Source: Armatimonadia bacterium
GTDB lineage: Bacteria > Armatimonadota > Zipacnadia > Zipacnadales > UBA11051
NCBI GenBank assembly: GCA_039683575.1
Contig: JBDKRC010000110.1
Coordinates: 1 to 54,608, forward strand
Length of the DNA stretch: 54,608 nucleotides
Direction of reading: 5' to 3'
Position 1 is the first letter of the stretch. The number at the start of each line of letters is the position of its first letter. Positions 1 to 8,943 of this stretch are shown here, piece by piece. The notes beneath the pieces are model-generated. The model worked only from the letters and a program-made list of their open reading frames with translations, was not told where the DNA came from and ran no database searches. A program made the position numbers and the translations under genes.

Positions 1-104
1 TGTGACGCTCGCGACCGAAGGTTGCCAGCGATCGCCGATAGCGGAGTGCAGCACCAACGGCCCAACGACGCCTGAACTTGCGCCTTGACGTTCCGTTCTA
101 TAGC

Positions 105-127
105 GGAGCGCTCCCCTGAGCGCGACC
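105..127 (+). repeat. REP family A copy
   Basis: GGAGCGCTCCCCTGAGCGCGACC downstream of the GH36 stop; matches the 18648 copy in inverted orientation. Confidence 0.8.
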
Positions 128-154
128 TCTTCATCTGCCGCCCCGTCTCCGCCT

Positions 155-2044
155 CTACAACCTCACATACTCCAACAACACCGACCCCGGCGCCTCGGCG
201 ATGGTAACCATGATCTCCGCGAGGTCCTTCCCCGACTTGACCTCGCGGGAAGTCTCCTCATACCCCGTCCGCGCGACGATGGTGTACTGCGCTTCTGGCT
301 CGAGTGCCTGCAGCCCCGCCTCTCGCGTCAGCCTCGGACTCTCAGGCCGCCGGAAGAACATCGCAAACCCGCTGCCACTTTCCGGGTCATGGAACTGGTA
401 GCCGGACCAGTCCGCCATGTCTGTCGTGGTCGGGGTCAGGCGGTAGTAGTCTGCCAGCATGAGCGGCCGCAGCCGCCGCAGTTCCTCCAGCGCCTGCCTG
501 GTTAGCGGCATCGGGAAGCCGTCGCCACGGATATCGCCATAGAGCGAGGCCCCCGTGGCCATGGCGCTGCGCCATGGATAGGGCTGGGCGGACCAGACGG
601 CGCCCCCGTGCAGCGGCACCCACGCCGACAGGCCGTTAACGACCTGATCGGCCACGGCCAGGCCCTGCCCGTGGCTGGGGCCCCCCGCGTCGGAGAAGTC
701 ACTGCGCCACAGCGGGTATGACCGGGCCACCGTCTCGAGGTCGATGCGCCGCCCGCCGCTGGAGCAATTGTCAATCCGCAGGCCCGGATGCCGCCGGCGG
801 AGTTCGTCCCACATGTCATACAGCCCGGCGACGTACTTCATCTCATTGACGCCGACGCGGTCCGGCGCCTCGGCCGCCTGCCAGAAGGCCAGCGGGTCCA
901 TGTTGAAGTCCTGCCGGTAGATCGTGATCCCGGCGTCGCTGATGAACCCGGAGATCAACTCGACGAGGTACTCTCGCGCTTCCGGGCGGCCCAGGTCGAA
1001 CAGGCCCGTCGGGTTGTCAGGCAGCTTGAGCACAAATTCGGGGTGCTCGCGGTCTATCATGCTTCCGGTATAGACCCGCTCGGGCTCGAACCAGACTACG
1101 AAGTCCATCCCCTCGGCGGCCACGGCCTCGCCGATTCTGGCCAGGCCATCGGGGAAGTTCTGGCGGTTGTAGAACCAGTTGCCGGCATTCGGCGCCCAGC
1201 CGTCTTCCGGATTCTTCGAGTTGCCGACTGTCCCATACCAGCAGGCATCGATCCAGAACGCCTCCAGGCCCAACTCCGCGCAGCGCTGGAGCATTTTCAG
1301 CATCTCGCGCTCGTTGGTCGTGCCCTGGCTGTAATACGTCATCATCGTATTGTGCGACAGCGGCGGCAGGCACGGGTTGCCGTCCGGGTCGAGCGGCGAG
1401 TAATGCTTGAGAATCAGTTGACGCAGGAGGTTCTGGCCGGTCGCGGGCTGCTCGCCCCGCCACGGCACCAGCAGCACCCGCGGCGTCCGCACCGTCTCGC
1501 CCGGCTGCAGGCGGAAATGCGTGCGCGCCATGCCCACGGCCAGCCGCACGGCCTCCCCGCCACGCGAGAGGACTGCGCGCCATTGCCCCGACCAGCCCAC
1601 TGCGACCACCAGCCCACCCTCCGGGCCCTGCAGGTTCATGAAGGGCAGGACGCCGTTGGACGAGCGGCCGCCGTTTGGCTCGAGGGCGATCTCCCCGCCT
1701 TGCGGCAGGTCCGTGGTCAGTGGTTCAAAATCGTCAATCTTGCACAGGCTGCCCCGCGCGTGGTGCAAGGTCGCCCCCGCCCCGCCCGACACGGGCAGCG
1801 AAATATCCACCGGCTGGAGCTCCGAGATGATCCCGGTCGGCTCGGCCCCCTCGTTGGTCAGACGCAACAATACCTCAATGGCCTCGCTGCTGTCGAACCG
1901 GCGATACTCGGCGGCGATGGTAAGGCCACTGGGATGGCGGTAGGTCCACCCGTTGGCGGCGGCCTCAACCTGCCATTCTGAGACCTCAAAGGGTACACTG
2001 TCGTATGCAAAAGAGAAGGCTGGCTGGTCGGCAGAGAAGTCCAT
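155..2044 (-). CDS. Alpha-galactosidase, GH36-like
   Basis: 629-aa ORF with GH36 motifs FWIDACWY, VVWFEPE, RQDFN (nucleophile region) and IDNCSSGGRRID. Confidence 0.85.
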   Translation of the reverse strand: MDFSADQPAFSFAYDSVPFEVSEWQVEAAANGWTYRHPSGLTIAAEYRRFDSSEAIEVLLRLTNEGAEPTGIISELQPVDISLPVSGGAGATLHHARGSLCKIDDFEPLTTDLPQGGEIALEPNGGRSSNGVLPFMNLQGPEGGLVVAVGWSGQWRAVLSRGGEAVRLAVGMARTHFRLQPGETVRTPRVLLVPWRGEQPATGQNLLRQLILKHYSPLDPDGNPCLPPLSHNTMMTYYSQGTTNEREMLKMLQRCAELGLEAFWIDACWYGTVGNSKNPEDGWAPNAGNWFYNRQNFPDGLARIGEAVAAEGMDFVVWFEPERVYTGSMIDREHPEFVLKLPDNPTGLFDLGRPEAREYLVELISGFISDAGITIYRQDFNMDPLAFWQAAEAPDRVGVNEMKYVAGLYDMWDELRRRHPGLRIDNCSSGGRRIDLETVARSYPLWRSDFSDAGGPSHGQGLAVADQVVNGLSAWVPLHGGAVWSAQPYPWRSAMATGASLYGDIRGDGFPMPLTRQALEELRRLRPLMLADYYRLTPTTTDMADWSGYQFHDPESGSGFAMFFRRPESPRLTREAGLQALEPEAQYTIVARTGYEETSREVKSGKDLAEIMVTIAEAPGSVLLEYVRL

Positions 2045-2184
2045 TCCACACCTTCAAGACGCTGAAATGTGCATTGTGCCAGGGAGTAGTACAATAACCC
2101 CTCGGCACGCCCTCAAAAAGGGGCCCGAATCGTTACATTGGTTAACTTCGGTTGCGCGACTTAACGGCAGATTTGGCGCACAAG

Positions 2185-3207
2185 TCAGTCCACCTTGGGG
2201 TGCCAGACCTGCAGTCCATCGTGGTCGAAGTTGAAGTCAATCGGCATCCCGCCCAGGTCAGTTACGGCGCGGCGGACATGATGCTCGCGGTCCCGCTCGC
2301 ACAGCAGCAGGATGCACCCTCCCCCACCCGCCCCACAGGCCTTACCGCCCAAAAGCCCCTCAGGCCGCGCTACGGCGAACAGGGCGTCAATCTTGGGGGT
2401 GGTCATCTCCGGGTACAGGCGCTTTTGGTTTTCCCAGTTGAAGTCCAGCACCTCCCCAACCCGCTTCAGATCCTCGGCCAGGAACGCGTCCTTCATATCG
2501 CTTGCGGCCTGCCGGATGTTGAGCAGGGCGCTTTTGACCTGCTCATCCTCCCGCTTATAGGCCCCCATGACGCGGCTGATGATGTCTCCGGAGAGCCGGG
2601 ATTTGCCCGTGTAGATCAGGAGCAGATGCTTCTCCAACTCGTACAGGAAGTCCCTGGAGACCCCCAGGGGCTCGATTCTGACCTCGGGGTCCTTGAACTC
2701 CATGAAGGAGATTCCGCCGAGCGCGGCGGCGTATTGGTCCTGCTTGCCGCCCTGAATCTTCAGTTCCTCGATCTCCAGGAGGTTGGCAAGCGCCGCGATT
2801 TCCTTGCGGCCGAAGTCGTCGTGCTTCGTGGCGGCTGCCAGCATTCCTACCAGGGCCACGCCCATCGAGGCGGAGGAGCCGGTTCCTGACCCCGGAGGGG
2901 CATCGCTACGGGTCAGGATGTGCCCGCCGAGCTGCAGGTCCATGCGGCGGACAGCGGCCTTGAGCAGGTCGAGGTTGCCGTCGTACTCCATCTGCCGGAT
3001 GTCGCGGGCCTCGATGTAGGTGTCATAGTCGCCGGACTCGAGCCGGTAGTCGCCCTGGGCGTGGGGGATAAGGGTGGCGTAGGCATAACGGGTGATGGCG
3101 GCGTTGACTACAAAGCCGCCTACCTCGGCGCTGAAGGGCGGAACGTCGGTCCAGCCACCGGCGAAGTCAACTCGCACGGGGGCGCGGCTGCGGATCATCT
3201 CACTCAT
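2185..3207 (-). CDS. GHMP-family sugar kinase, HddA-like (D-glycero-alpha-D-manno-heptose-7-phosphate kinase)
   Basis: RAPVRVDFAGGWTD, PPGSGTGSS, GGKQDQY, GKACGAGGGG. Start moved to ATG 3207, which overlaps the rfbD stop (ATGA). Confidence 0.85.
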   Translation of the reverse strand: MSEMIRSRAPVRVDFAGGWTDVPPFSAEVGGFVVNAAITRYAYATLIPHAQGDYRLESGDYDTYIEARDIRQMEYDGNLDLLKAAVRRMDLQLGGHILTRSDAPPGSGTGSSASMGVALVGMLAAATKHDDFGRKEIAALANLLEIEELKIQGGKQDQYAAALGGISFMEFKDPEVRIEPLGVSRDFLYELEKHLLLIYTGKSRLSGDIISRVMGAYKREDEQVKSALLNIRQAASDMKDAFLAEDLKRVGEVLDFNWENQKRLYPEMTTPKIDALFAVARPEGLLGGKACGAGGGGCILLLCERDREHHVRRAVTDLGGMPIDFNFDHDGLQVWHPKVD

Positions 3208-4067
3208 ATGACCACCCCTGCTTCGGAGCTCAAGTGTTCGCGAACGTACTCTGTCACGGCTTCCTGCCACGGGCGCAGCGGAGCGTAGCCCAGCTCGCGC
3301 CAGCGGCGGTTTTCGAGAGGCGAATAGCGCGGCCTGACGGTCGGACTGGGCCAGTCGGCGCTGGAGATGGCCTCCAGCCGCACGTTCAGCCCGGCCTGGC
3401 GAGTGGCGACAGTTGCGAGGTCATGCCAGGTGCAGACCTCGCTGTTGGTAACGTGCACTATTCCGGTGTGGCTGCTCGCCGCAAGCTGCCACAGGGCCCG
3501 CGCCAGGTCCGGCGTGTACGTGGGGCTGCCCCACTCGTCTGACACGATGCGGAGGGTGTCGCGGGTTCGGGCGGCGTTGACTATGGTGGCGACGAAGTTT
3601 TTGCCGCCGGGGCCGTACAGCCATTGGGTGCGGACGACCAGGTGGTCCGGCAGTTCAGCAACGGCCTGCTCGCCGCACAGTTTGCTCTCGCCATAGGGGT
3701 TGAGCGGCCGGGGCGTGTCCCCCTCGTGGTACGGGCGACCCAGATCGCCGGCGAAGACGTAGTCGGTGCTCACGTAGATCAGCTTCGCCGAGTGCTCGCG
3801 ACAGGCCCGGGCGAGGTAGCTGGTGGCCTCGCAGTTGACGCGGTGGGCGAGGGCGGGATCGCGGGTGCAGCCGTCTACGTCCGCCATGGCGGCGCAATGC
3901 AGCACGACCTGCGGCCGATGCTGGCCTAGCAGGCGCGAGGCCACACCCGGCTGGGTGAGGTCCCCGTCGGGCAGGTCCACCGGGCTCGTTTCAAAGGTCT
4001 CAGGCTGCGTTCGCAGCAAGGCGCCGCCAAGCATGCCCGCGGCGCCGGTGATCAACACGCGCACCAT
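3204..4067 (-). CDS. rfbD: dTDP-4-dehydrorhamnose reductase
   Basis: GAAGMLG Rossmann motif, STDYVF, YGESK, GSPTY and RPRYSPL typical of RmlD. Confidence 0.92.
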   Translation of the reverse strand: MVRVLITGAAGMLGGALLRTQPETFETSPVDLPDGDLTQPGVASRLLGQHRPQVVLHCAAMADVDGCTRDPALAHRVNCEATSYLARACREHSAKLIYVSTDYVFAGDLGRPYHEGDTPRPLNPYGESKLCGEQAVAELPDHLVVRTQWLYGPGGKNFVATIVNAARTRDTLRIVSDEWGSPTYTPDLARALWQLAASSHTGIVHVTNSEVCTWHDLATVATRQAGLNVRLEAISSADWPSPTVRPRYSPLENRRWRELGYAPLRPWQEAVTEYVREHLSSEAGVVI

Positions 4068-4150
4068 TGTTCTCCCACGCTGTCTTTCCCGGTAGCCTAC
4101 CAGTCCAGGGGCTGCGCGTCAACCTTGAGGGGGGTGTGGAGTCGGCTGCC

Positions 4151-4230
4151 GCCCCTTCGGGGCTCATGGGTTAGGTGGCGGTTACCAGGGCCTTGCGGCC
4201 CTGGCTAGAAGCCGGACGGCCCTTCGGGCC
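4151..4230. repeat. Three-hairpin REP/REPIN-like element
   Basis: GCCCC-TTC-GGGGC (4151-4163), CCAGGGCC-TTGC-GGCCCTGG (4185-4204), GGCCC-TTC-GGGCC (4218-4230) in an intergenic region. Confidence 0.75.
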
Positions 4231-4286
4231 TGAAGAGCGGCCTGAAGAGCGGCCTGAAGAGCGGCTTGGAGAGCGGCTTGGAGAGC
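4227..4286 (+). repeat. 12-bp tandem repeat, 5 units
   Basis: GGCCTGAAGAGC x3 followed by GGCTTGGAGAGC x2. Confidence 0.95.
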
Positions 4287-4448
4287 GATGGGAAGTAGCG
4301 GCGCAGGAGGAGGTCGGGGATAGGGAGCGTGCGACCGGGACGGTCGGCCAGGGCGTGATATCGAGGAGAGGTGGTGAGGGCGGAGGGTCGTCGGGGACAT
4401 CGCGGTCACCGGTCGAAACCCGGCGCAGTTGCGGACAGTGGTCGGGGA

Positions 4449-4489
4449 CATCGCGGTCTGGTGACCGCTCCTACAGGCAGCCGGGTCGG
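4449..4489 (-). repeat. GTAG-type REP, family A
   Basis: CATCGCGGTC-TGGT-GACCGCTCCTACAGGCAGCCGGGTCGG, nearly identical to 6207-6247. Confidence 0.85.
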
Positions 4490-4504
4490 CCCCTCCAGTG
4501 TTCG

Positions 4505-5161
4505 TTAGTGGCTGAGGGCGTAGAGGACCAGGTTGAGGCCCATGCGGAGGGCTGATTCGCGGCGCTCGGGGGTGTCGTTGTGGACCTCGGCGCTCTCCCA
4601 GCCATCGTTGAGGTCCGTGTTGTAACTGTAGAAGAGCACCACCCGGCCTTCGTGGATGATGCCGTAGCCGTGGGGTGGGCCGCCGTGATGCTCGTGGATC
4701 TTGGGCAGGCCGTTTGGGAAAGCATACAAGGAGTGGTAGATCGGGTGGCTGAAGGGCAACTCGACCAGCGAGCGGTCCGGGAAGACCAGTTTGATCGCCT
4801 TGCGGAAGCTCTCGTCAAGGCCGTAGTTGTCGTCCACGTGCAGGAAGCCGCCGCTTAGAAGGTATTTGCGCAGCCGCGCTGCCTCTGCAGGGGTGAAGGC
4901 GATGCGGCCGTGGCCGGTGGCGAAGAGCATGGCGTAGTCGAAGAGGCGGTCGTTGGTGAGAGTGACGGTGTCTTCGCGAGGGGCGAGGTCGAGGGTGGTG
5001 CGGGCGCGCAGGGCGGCGATGAGGTTCGGCAGGGATGTGGGGTTGGCGTACCAGTCGCCACCGCCCCCGTAGCGCAGGCGGGCGAGTTTGACAGGGGCCG
5101 CGCCAGCCGCTCCCGCCGCCAAGACCACCACGAGCAGCGCCGGCAAGACCCTCTGCAGCAT
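4505..5161 (-). CDS. DUF4159 domain secreted protein
   Basis: Signal peptide, then RLRYGGGGDWY, LRKYLLSGGFLHVDDNY, HPIYH, DLNDGWE. Start at ATG 5161, immediately after the lptA stop. Confidence 0.85.
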   Translation of the reverse strand: MLQRVLPALLVVVLAAGAAGAAPVKLARLRYGGGGDWYANPTSLPNLIAALRARTTLDLAPREDTVTLTNDRLFDYAMLFATGHGRIAFTPAEAARLRKYLLSGGFLHVDDNYGLDESFRKAIKLVFPDRSLVELPFSHPIYHSLYAFPNGLPKIHEHHGGPPHGYGIIHEGRVVLFYSYNTDLNDGWESAEVHNDTPERRESALRMGLNLVLYALSH

Positions 5162-5162
5162 G

Positions 5163-6176
5163 TTAGCCCCCGCTGTCATCCATGCCGCCTGTGGGCTTGG
5201 CCGGGGCGGGGGCTGGCGCGGGTTCGGCAGGCTTGTTGTCAGAGGGGGCAGGCCCGGCAGGCTCTGAGGGGCCGGCCTTGGGCACTGGCGGGTTCTCGTT
5301 GCCATTCTTCTTTTTGCGCAGGGTGAAGCCTGACATGCCCTCGGCCTGGATCCAATCCTCTTCCGTAGACACAACCGCCTTGTTGCAGCGCATCTCGTCG
5401 CCGTTGGTCTTCGTCAGGATCACGTTGCCGGTCAGGGTGATTATGCTTGTGAGGTCTTCGTAGACGGCGTGGTCGGCCCAGACGGTTTTGTCTTCCTGGA
5501 TCGCCTTGACCCTGGGGGTGGCGATCATCTTCTTCACGTCATCGGCGTAGTAGTACTCAAGCCGCTCGCAGGTGATGGTGGTCTTGTTCTTCCAGTAGTC
5601 CTCAAGATGCTCGGGCTCATTGCTCTTGCCCGACTTGTCGGCAGCGGCCTTGTCAGGCGCCGCGCCGGGTTCGTTGCTGGCGAGCGTGGAAGAGCCTGCC
5701 GCGGGCTTCTCAAGGCCGGGTTTCGGCTCCTGTTCGACCTTATTGCCCTTCTTCTGCGTGACGATCAGAACGTTGCCGGTGATGATCGCGAGGTCCTTGC
5801 CGAAGTCGGCGTCCAGTAGATCGCCGGTGATGACGCTGCGAGGGTCCACCGCGCGCAGATGCCCGCGAGCCTTGGCCGTGTCGGCTTCTTCGTTATAGTC
5901 GGCCTCGTCGCAGTAGAGCTTCATGTCCTTGTTGGCGAAGACCACGTTGCCGGTCATGTGGTAGATCTTCGTCTTGGGGTCGTAGATGAGGTTGTCTACG
6001 TTCTCGACCTTGACGCGGTCGTCTTCTTTGCTTTTGGCGGAGGCGTCTTTGACGGCGGGGGTGGAGGCGGCACGGGGTTTGGCCTTGCCGTTGGGCGGGG
6101 CCACGGGGGTGTTCTGCGCCAGGGTGAGGCTGGCGCAGAGGAGGAAGGCGAGGATTATCAGGTGGTGGTGCTTCAT
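5163..6176 (-). CDS. lptA: LptA/OstA-family beta-jellyroll protein
   Basis: Signal peptide; two OstA-like units (TGNVVF..KLYCDEADY; LTGNVILT); Pro/Ala-rich linkers; downstream of lptC. Start at ATG 6176 (MKHHHL). Confidence 0.75.
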   Translation of the reverse strand: MKHHHLIILAFLLCASLTLAQNTPVAPPNGKAKPRAASTPAVKDASAKSKEDDRVKVENVDNLIYDPKTKIYHMTGNVVFANKDMKLYCDEADYNEEADTAKARGHLRAVDPRSVITGDLLDADFGKDLAIITGNVLIVTQKKGNKVEQEPKPGLEKPAAGSSTLASNEPGAAPDKAAADKSGKSNEPEHLEDYWKNKTTITCERLEYYYADDVKKMIATPRVKAIQEDKTVWADHAVYEDLTSIITLTGNVILTKTNGDEMRCNKAVVSTEEDWIQAEGMSGFTLRKKKNGNENPPVPKAGPSEPAGPAPSDNKPAEPAPAPAPAKPTGGMDDSGG

Positions 6177-6206
6177 GTGTCGGCGTCGGTTGGTCGGTGA
6201 TGACGG

Positions 6207-6247
6207 CATCGCGCTCTGGTGAGCGCTCCTACAGGCGGCCGGGTCGG
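6207..6247 (-). repeat. GTAG-type REP, family A, flanked by a 16-bp direct repeat
   Basis: CATCGCGCTC-TGGT-GAGCGCTCCTACAGG; GGTCGGTGATGACGGC occurs at 6192-6207 and 6242-6257. Confidence 0.85.
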
Positions 6248-6267
6248 TGATGACGGCGGCCGGATGG

Positions 6268-6975
6268 TTAGCGGGTCTTCGCAAGGGCTTTGGCCTGTTC
6301 GGGATTGAAGATCGCCTGGACGTTCTTCATCTCGAAGGCCTCGGTCTTCACGTTGTAGACTAGTTGGCGGCCGATCAGCTTGTTTTGCCCGCTGTACATT
6401 CGTACGGGATTGGGGCACTTGATCGTGTCAGCGTCTACGAAGTAGTTCAAGCCGTTGGTGGTGACCGCGACGTTGCGGCTGCGCATGGTTACCTTGCCGG
6501 GGCAGAGGAGACGGCGCTCCTGCTCGAGCCAACGGACTTTGTCGGTCGTGATGATGGCGCCCTGGGCGGAGACGGCTCGGACGTCGCCAGAGACTTCGAG
6601 GTTGCGTTCGGAGGTATTGCCGCGGGCTTCGCGGGCGGCGAGGCGGATTACGGGGGCGCCGGTCTGGTCGTAGATCAGGGCCTCGCGCATTCCGGCAGCC
6701 GCGACAGCCTGCCCCCCGGCGGCAACTTTGAGCTCACGCAACCGCACCTGCCAGGCGAGACGTCCGCCCTCAGTGTGCTTGAGGCTCGGGCGCCTGATGA
6801 TGACTTCTTCCCGCGGCCGGCCACCAGAGGGGGCCTGGGCGGTCTGAGCCTGTGGGGCAGCAGCTCCGGGGGCCGGTGCGGCAAAGTAGCGCCACCAGCT
6901 CACGGCCAGAAAGGTTGCCACGAAAGCAATGACAACAACTGCCAGCCCCACGATTAGGTTACGATAACGACGCAT
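6268..6975 (-). CDS. lptC: LptC-family LPS export periplasmic protein
   Basis: Single N-terminal TM helix; GRLAWQV, LEVSGDV, ITTDKVRW jellyroll pattern; next to an LptA-like gene. Confidence 0.75.
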   Translation of the reverse strand: MRRYRNLIVGLAVVVIAFVATFLAVSWWRYFAAPAPGAAAPQAQTAQAPSGGRPREEVIIRRPSLKHTEGGRLAWQVRLRELKVAAGGQAVAAAGMREALIYDQTGAPVIRLAAREARGNTSERNLEVSGDVRAVSAQGAIITTDKVRWLEQERRLLCPGKVTMRSRNVAVTTNGLNYFVDADTIKCPNPVRMYSGQNKLIGRQLVYNVKTEAFEMKNVQAIFNPEQAKALAKTR

Positions 6976-6989
6976 GAGTGGTACTTCGA

Positions 6990-7643
6990 CTACAGTGTCG
7001 GAGGCAGCGGCGGCTGGTCCGTCAGTTGGATATTGGCCTCAACCGTGGCTCCCGTGAGAGTAACGGTGGTGCTGCCGGTGACAGTCTGGCCGTTGTCGTC
7101 AAGTCCTGAGGCGAACACAGTCTGCGAGCCCAGCGGGACATTGTAGAGCGTGTAGTAGCCGTCAGCATCCGTGACGGCTTCAACTCCGCCCGCGCGGACA
7201 GTGGCGCCAGAGCGTCCCTCTCCGCCGAGGGTGACGCGTCCGGTGATGTTGGCGGCATTGGGCAGGGCGGCGGGAACCAGCAATATCGGGCTTCCAAGGA
7301 GACGATCGCCGCTGCCGGCTGCTACCTGCGCGGTGCCCGCGGCATAGCCGGTGGCAGTGGCAGTGAGCGTCAGGGCGCCGCTGGAGACACCCGTGAGAGT
7401 GAAGAAGCCCTGGCTGTTGGTGACTGCCGTGCGGCCGCTGGTGGTAACACGAGCGCCCTCTATGGGATTTTCACTTCCGGCATCGCGGACGTAGCCGCTA
7501 ACAGAGCTGCCGCCGGTATCGTCGCCGCCGCCGCCACCACCACACCCGGTCAGCACAAGCGGCACCGACAGCAACAGGATCGCCAGAGTGAATGAGCCGA
7601 TGGTCATTAAGCGCAAGATGCGGCCCTCCCGTCCCAAGGACAA
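6990..7643 (-). CDS. Lipoprotein with two carboxypeptidase-regulatory-like (CarboxypepD_reg) domains
   Basis: Lipobox LTGC then poly-Gly; SGYVRD..PIEGARV..TNSQGFF; C-terminal QPPLPPTL. The start may be ATG 7607. Confidence 0.75.
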   Translation of the reverse strand: MSLGREGRILRLMTIGSFTLAILLLSVPLVLTGCGGGGGGDDTGGSSVSGYVRDAGSENPIEGARVTTSGRTAVTNSQGFFTLTGVSSGALTLTATATGYAAGTAQVAAGSGDRLLGSPILLVPAALPNAANITGRVTLGGEGRSGATVRAGGVEAVTDADGYYTLYNVPLGSQTVFASGLDDNGQTVTGSTTVTLTGATVEANIQLTDQPPLPPTL

Positions 7644-7767
7644 GTAGATGAAGCCAGTGTAGCAGAATTGTGCGGGCCACTCAATAGGTGTCGGACGCAG
7701 GTCGCGCCTCGGATCGCGCCGCGGACGCCTGCGTGCGCAGGAGGAGCGCTCCTACCGGTAGTGACCT

Positions 7768-8943
7768 TCAAGATACCGTCAGCACGAAATTCACGCCGCT
7801 TATGATGCGGCCGCCGCCTGGTACTGTGACCGTCCGGCGCACCGATTGGGTTCCATAGGTGACAGTGATGCGGTACTCGCCGGGTGTCAGGAACATCCGG
7901 TATTCGCCCGAGGCCTCGGTGACAACGGTGCCGAGGGTGCGCCCGGAGGTGGTGCTGACGGCCGTGACGGCTGCTCCAGAGTTGTCATCGGCACCGTTGA
8001 GGGTCACCACGCCCTGCAGATTGTACGGCCCGCCCGGCGGCTGTGGGGCCGAGGGCGACATCTGGATGCGCAGGCGAGCCATGCCCGGCAGCACGGTAAG
8101 GGTCTGCTGCACCTGGTCGTAGCCGGAGCGCGTCACGGTCAGCAGCCGCTGGCCCACCTGCACGTTGGTGAACCGGAACTCACCGGAGGCATCGGAGGTG
8201 GCAGTGCCAGAGTCCGCCAGCGTCAAAGTGGCCGCGGAAAGTGGAACGGAGGTGAAGGCATCCACAACGCTGCCGACTACATCCACGCGGGTGTTGCCTG
8301 ACATCAGGCTGAAGTCCAGGGCGGCGTTCTGGCCACCGCCGGCATCCTGGACTACGGTGGCGGTCTGGGTGCTGGTTATGTAGCCTTCGGCCTCGGCGGT
8401 GACGGTATTGGAGCCAATGGCTATCCCGCCGATCTTGTAGTACCCGGTGTTGTCGGTATAGCCGCGGACCTCGGTGAGGGTGCCGCCGGGGGAGGTGTGA
8501 GTGAACTTCACGAGGGCCGAGGTTACGGGCGAGCCGCCGGAAGTGACGGTGCCGCTGACGGTGCCGGTTTCGGAGAGGACTGCGGGCTGCAGGGTGGCGG
8601 TGACGAACGTCGCAACAGTCGTGCTGATCTGGACGAGTTCGGCGTATGTGACATAGCCGGGCGCAGTGACGGTGACGGGCTGGACCGGTGGGGTGCCGGT
8701 GCCGAAGGGCACATCGCGAAGCACGACACTACCTTCGGAGACGGTGAGGGCGCCGCGCACACCACCCGCGACGGCACTGGCGTCCACGGTGATGGCCTCG
8801 TTGGTGGTGGCGTCGTTGGCATAGACCACGATGATGGCAGCGGTGGGCTCTGAGGGTGTGGACGGCCCGACACCACCACAGCCGGAGAGGAGCAGGGTTG
8901 CCAGCGCGATAAGGACGCAGACTGTGAGGAGGTATACCTTCAT
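7768..8943 (-). CDS. Lipoprotein with several carboxypeptidase-regulatory-like domains
   Basis: Lipobox LSGC; repeated G-x-V...TD..G.Y/F beta-sandwich units; start overlaps the upstream stop (TAATG). Confidence 0.75.
   Translation of the reverse strand: MKVYLLTVCVLIALATLLLSGCGGVGPSTPSEPTAAIIVVYANDATTNEAITVDASAVAGGVRGALTVSEGSVVLRDVPFGTGTPPVQPVTVTAPGYVTYAELVQISTTVATFVTATLQPAVLSETGTVSGTVTSGGSPVTSALVKFTHTSPGGTLTEVRGYTDNTGYYKIGGIAIGSNTVTAEAEGYITSTQTATVVQDAGGGQNAALDFSLMSGNTRVDVVGSVVDAFTSVPLSAATLTLADSGTATSDASGEFRFTNVQVGQRLLTVTRSGYDQVQQTLTVLPGMARLRIQMSPSAPQPPGGPYNLQGVVTLNGADDNSGAAVTAVSTTSGRTLGTVVTEASGEYRMFLTPGEYRITVTYGTQSVRRTVTVPGGGRIISGVNFVLTVS

Noticed and set aside
4227..4460. Possible CRISPR array
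   Set aside because: Units are contiguous 12-mers or only two copies, with no unique spacers and no cas genes
4175..4555. 126-aa ORF with PEER/GERL repeats
   Set aside because: It is the translation of intergenic repeats, with no RBS or coding signal
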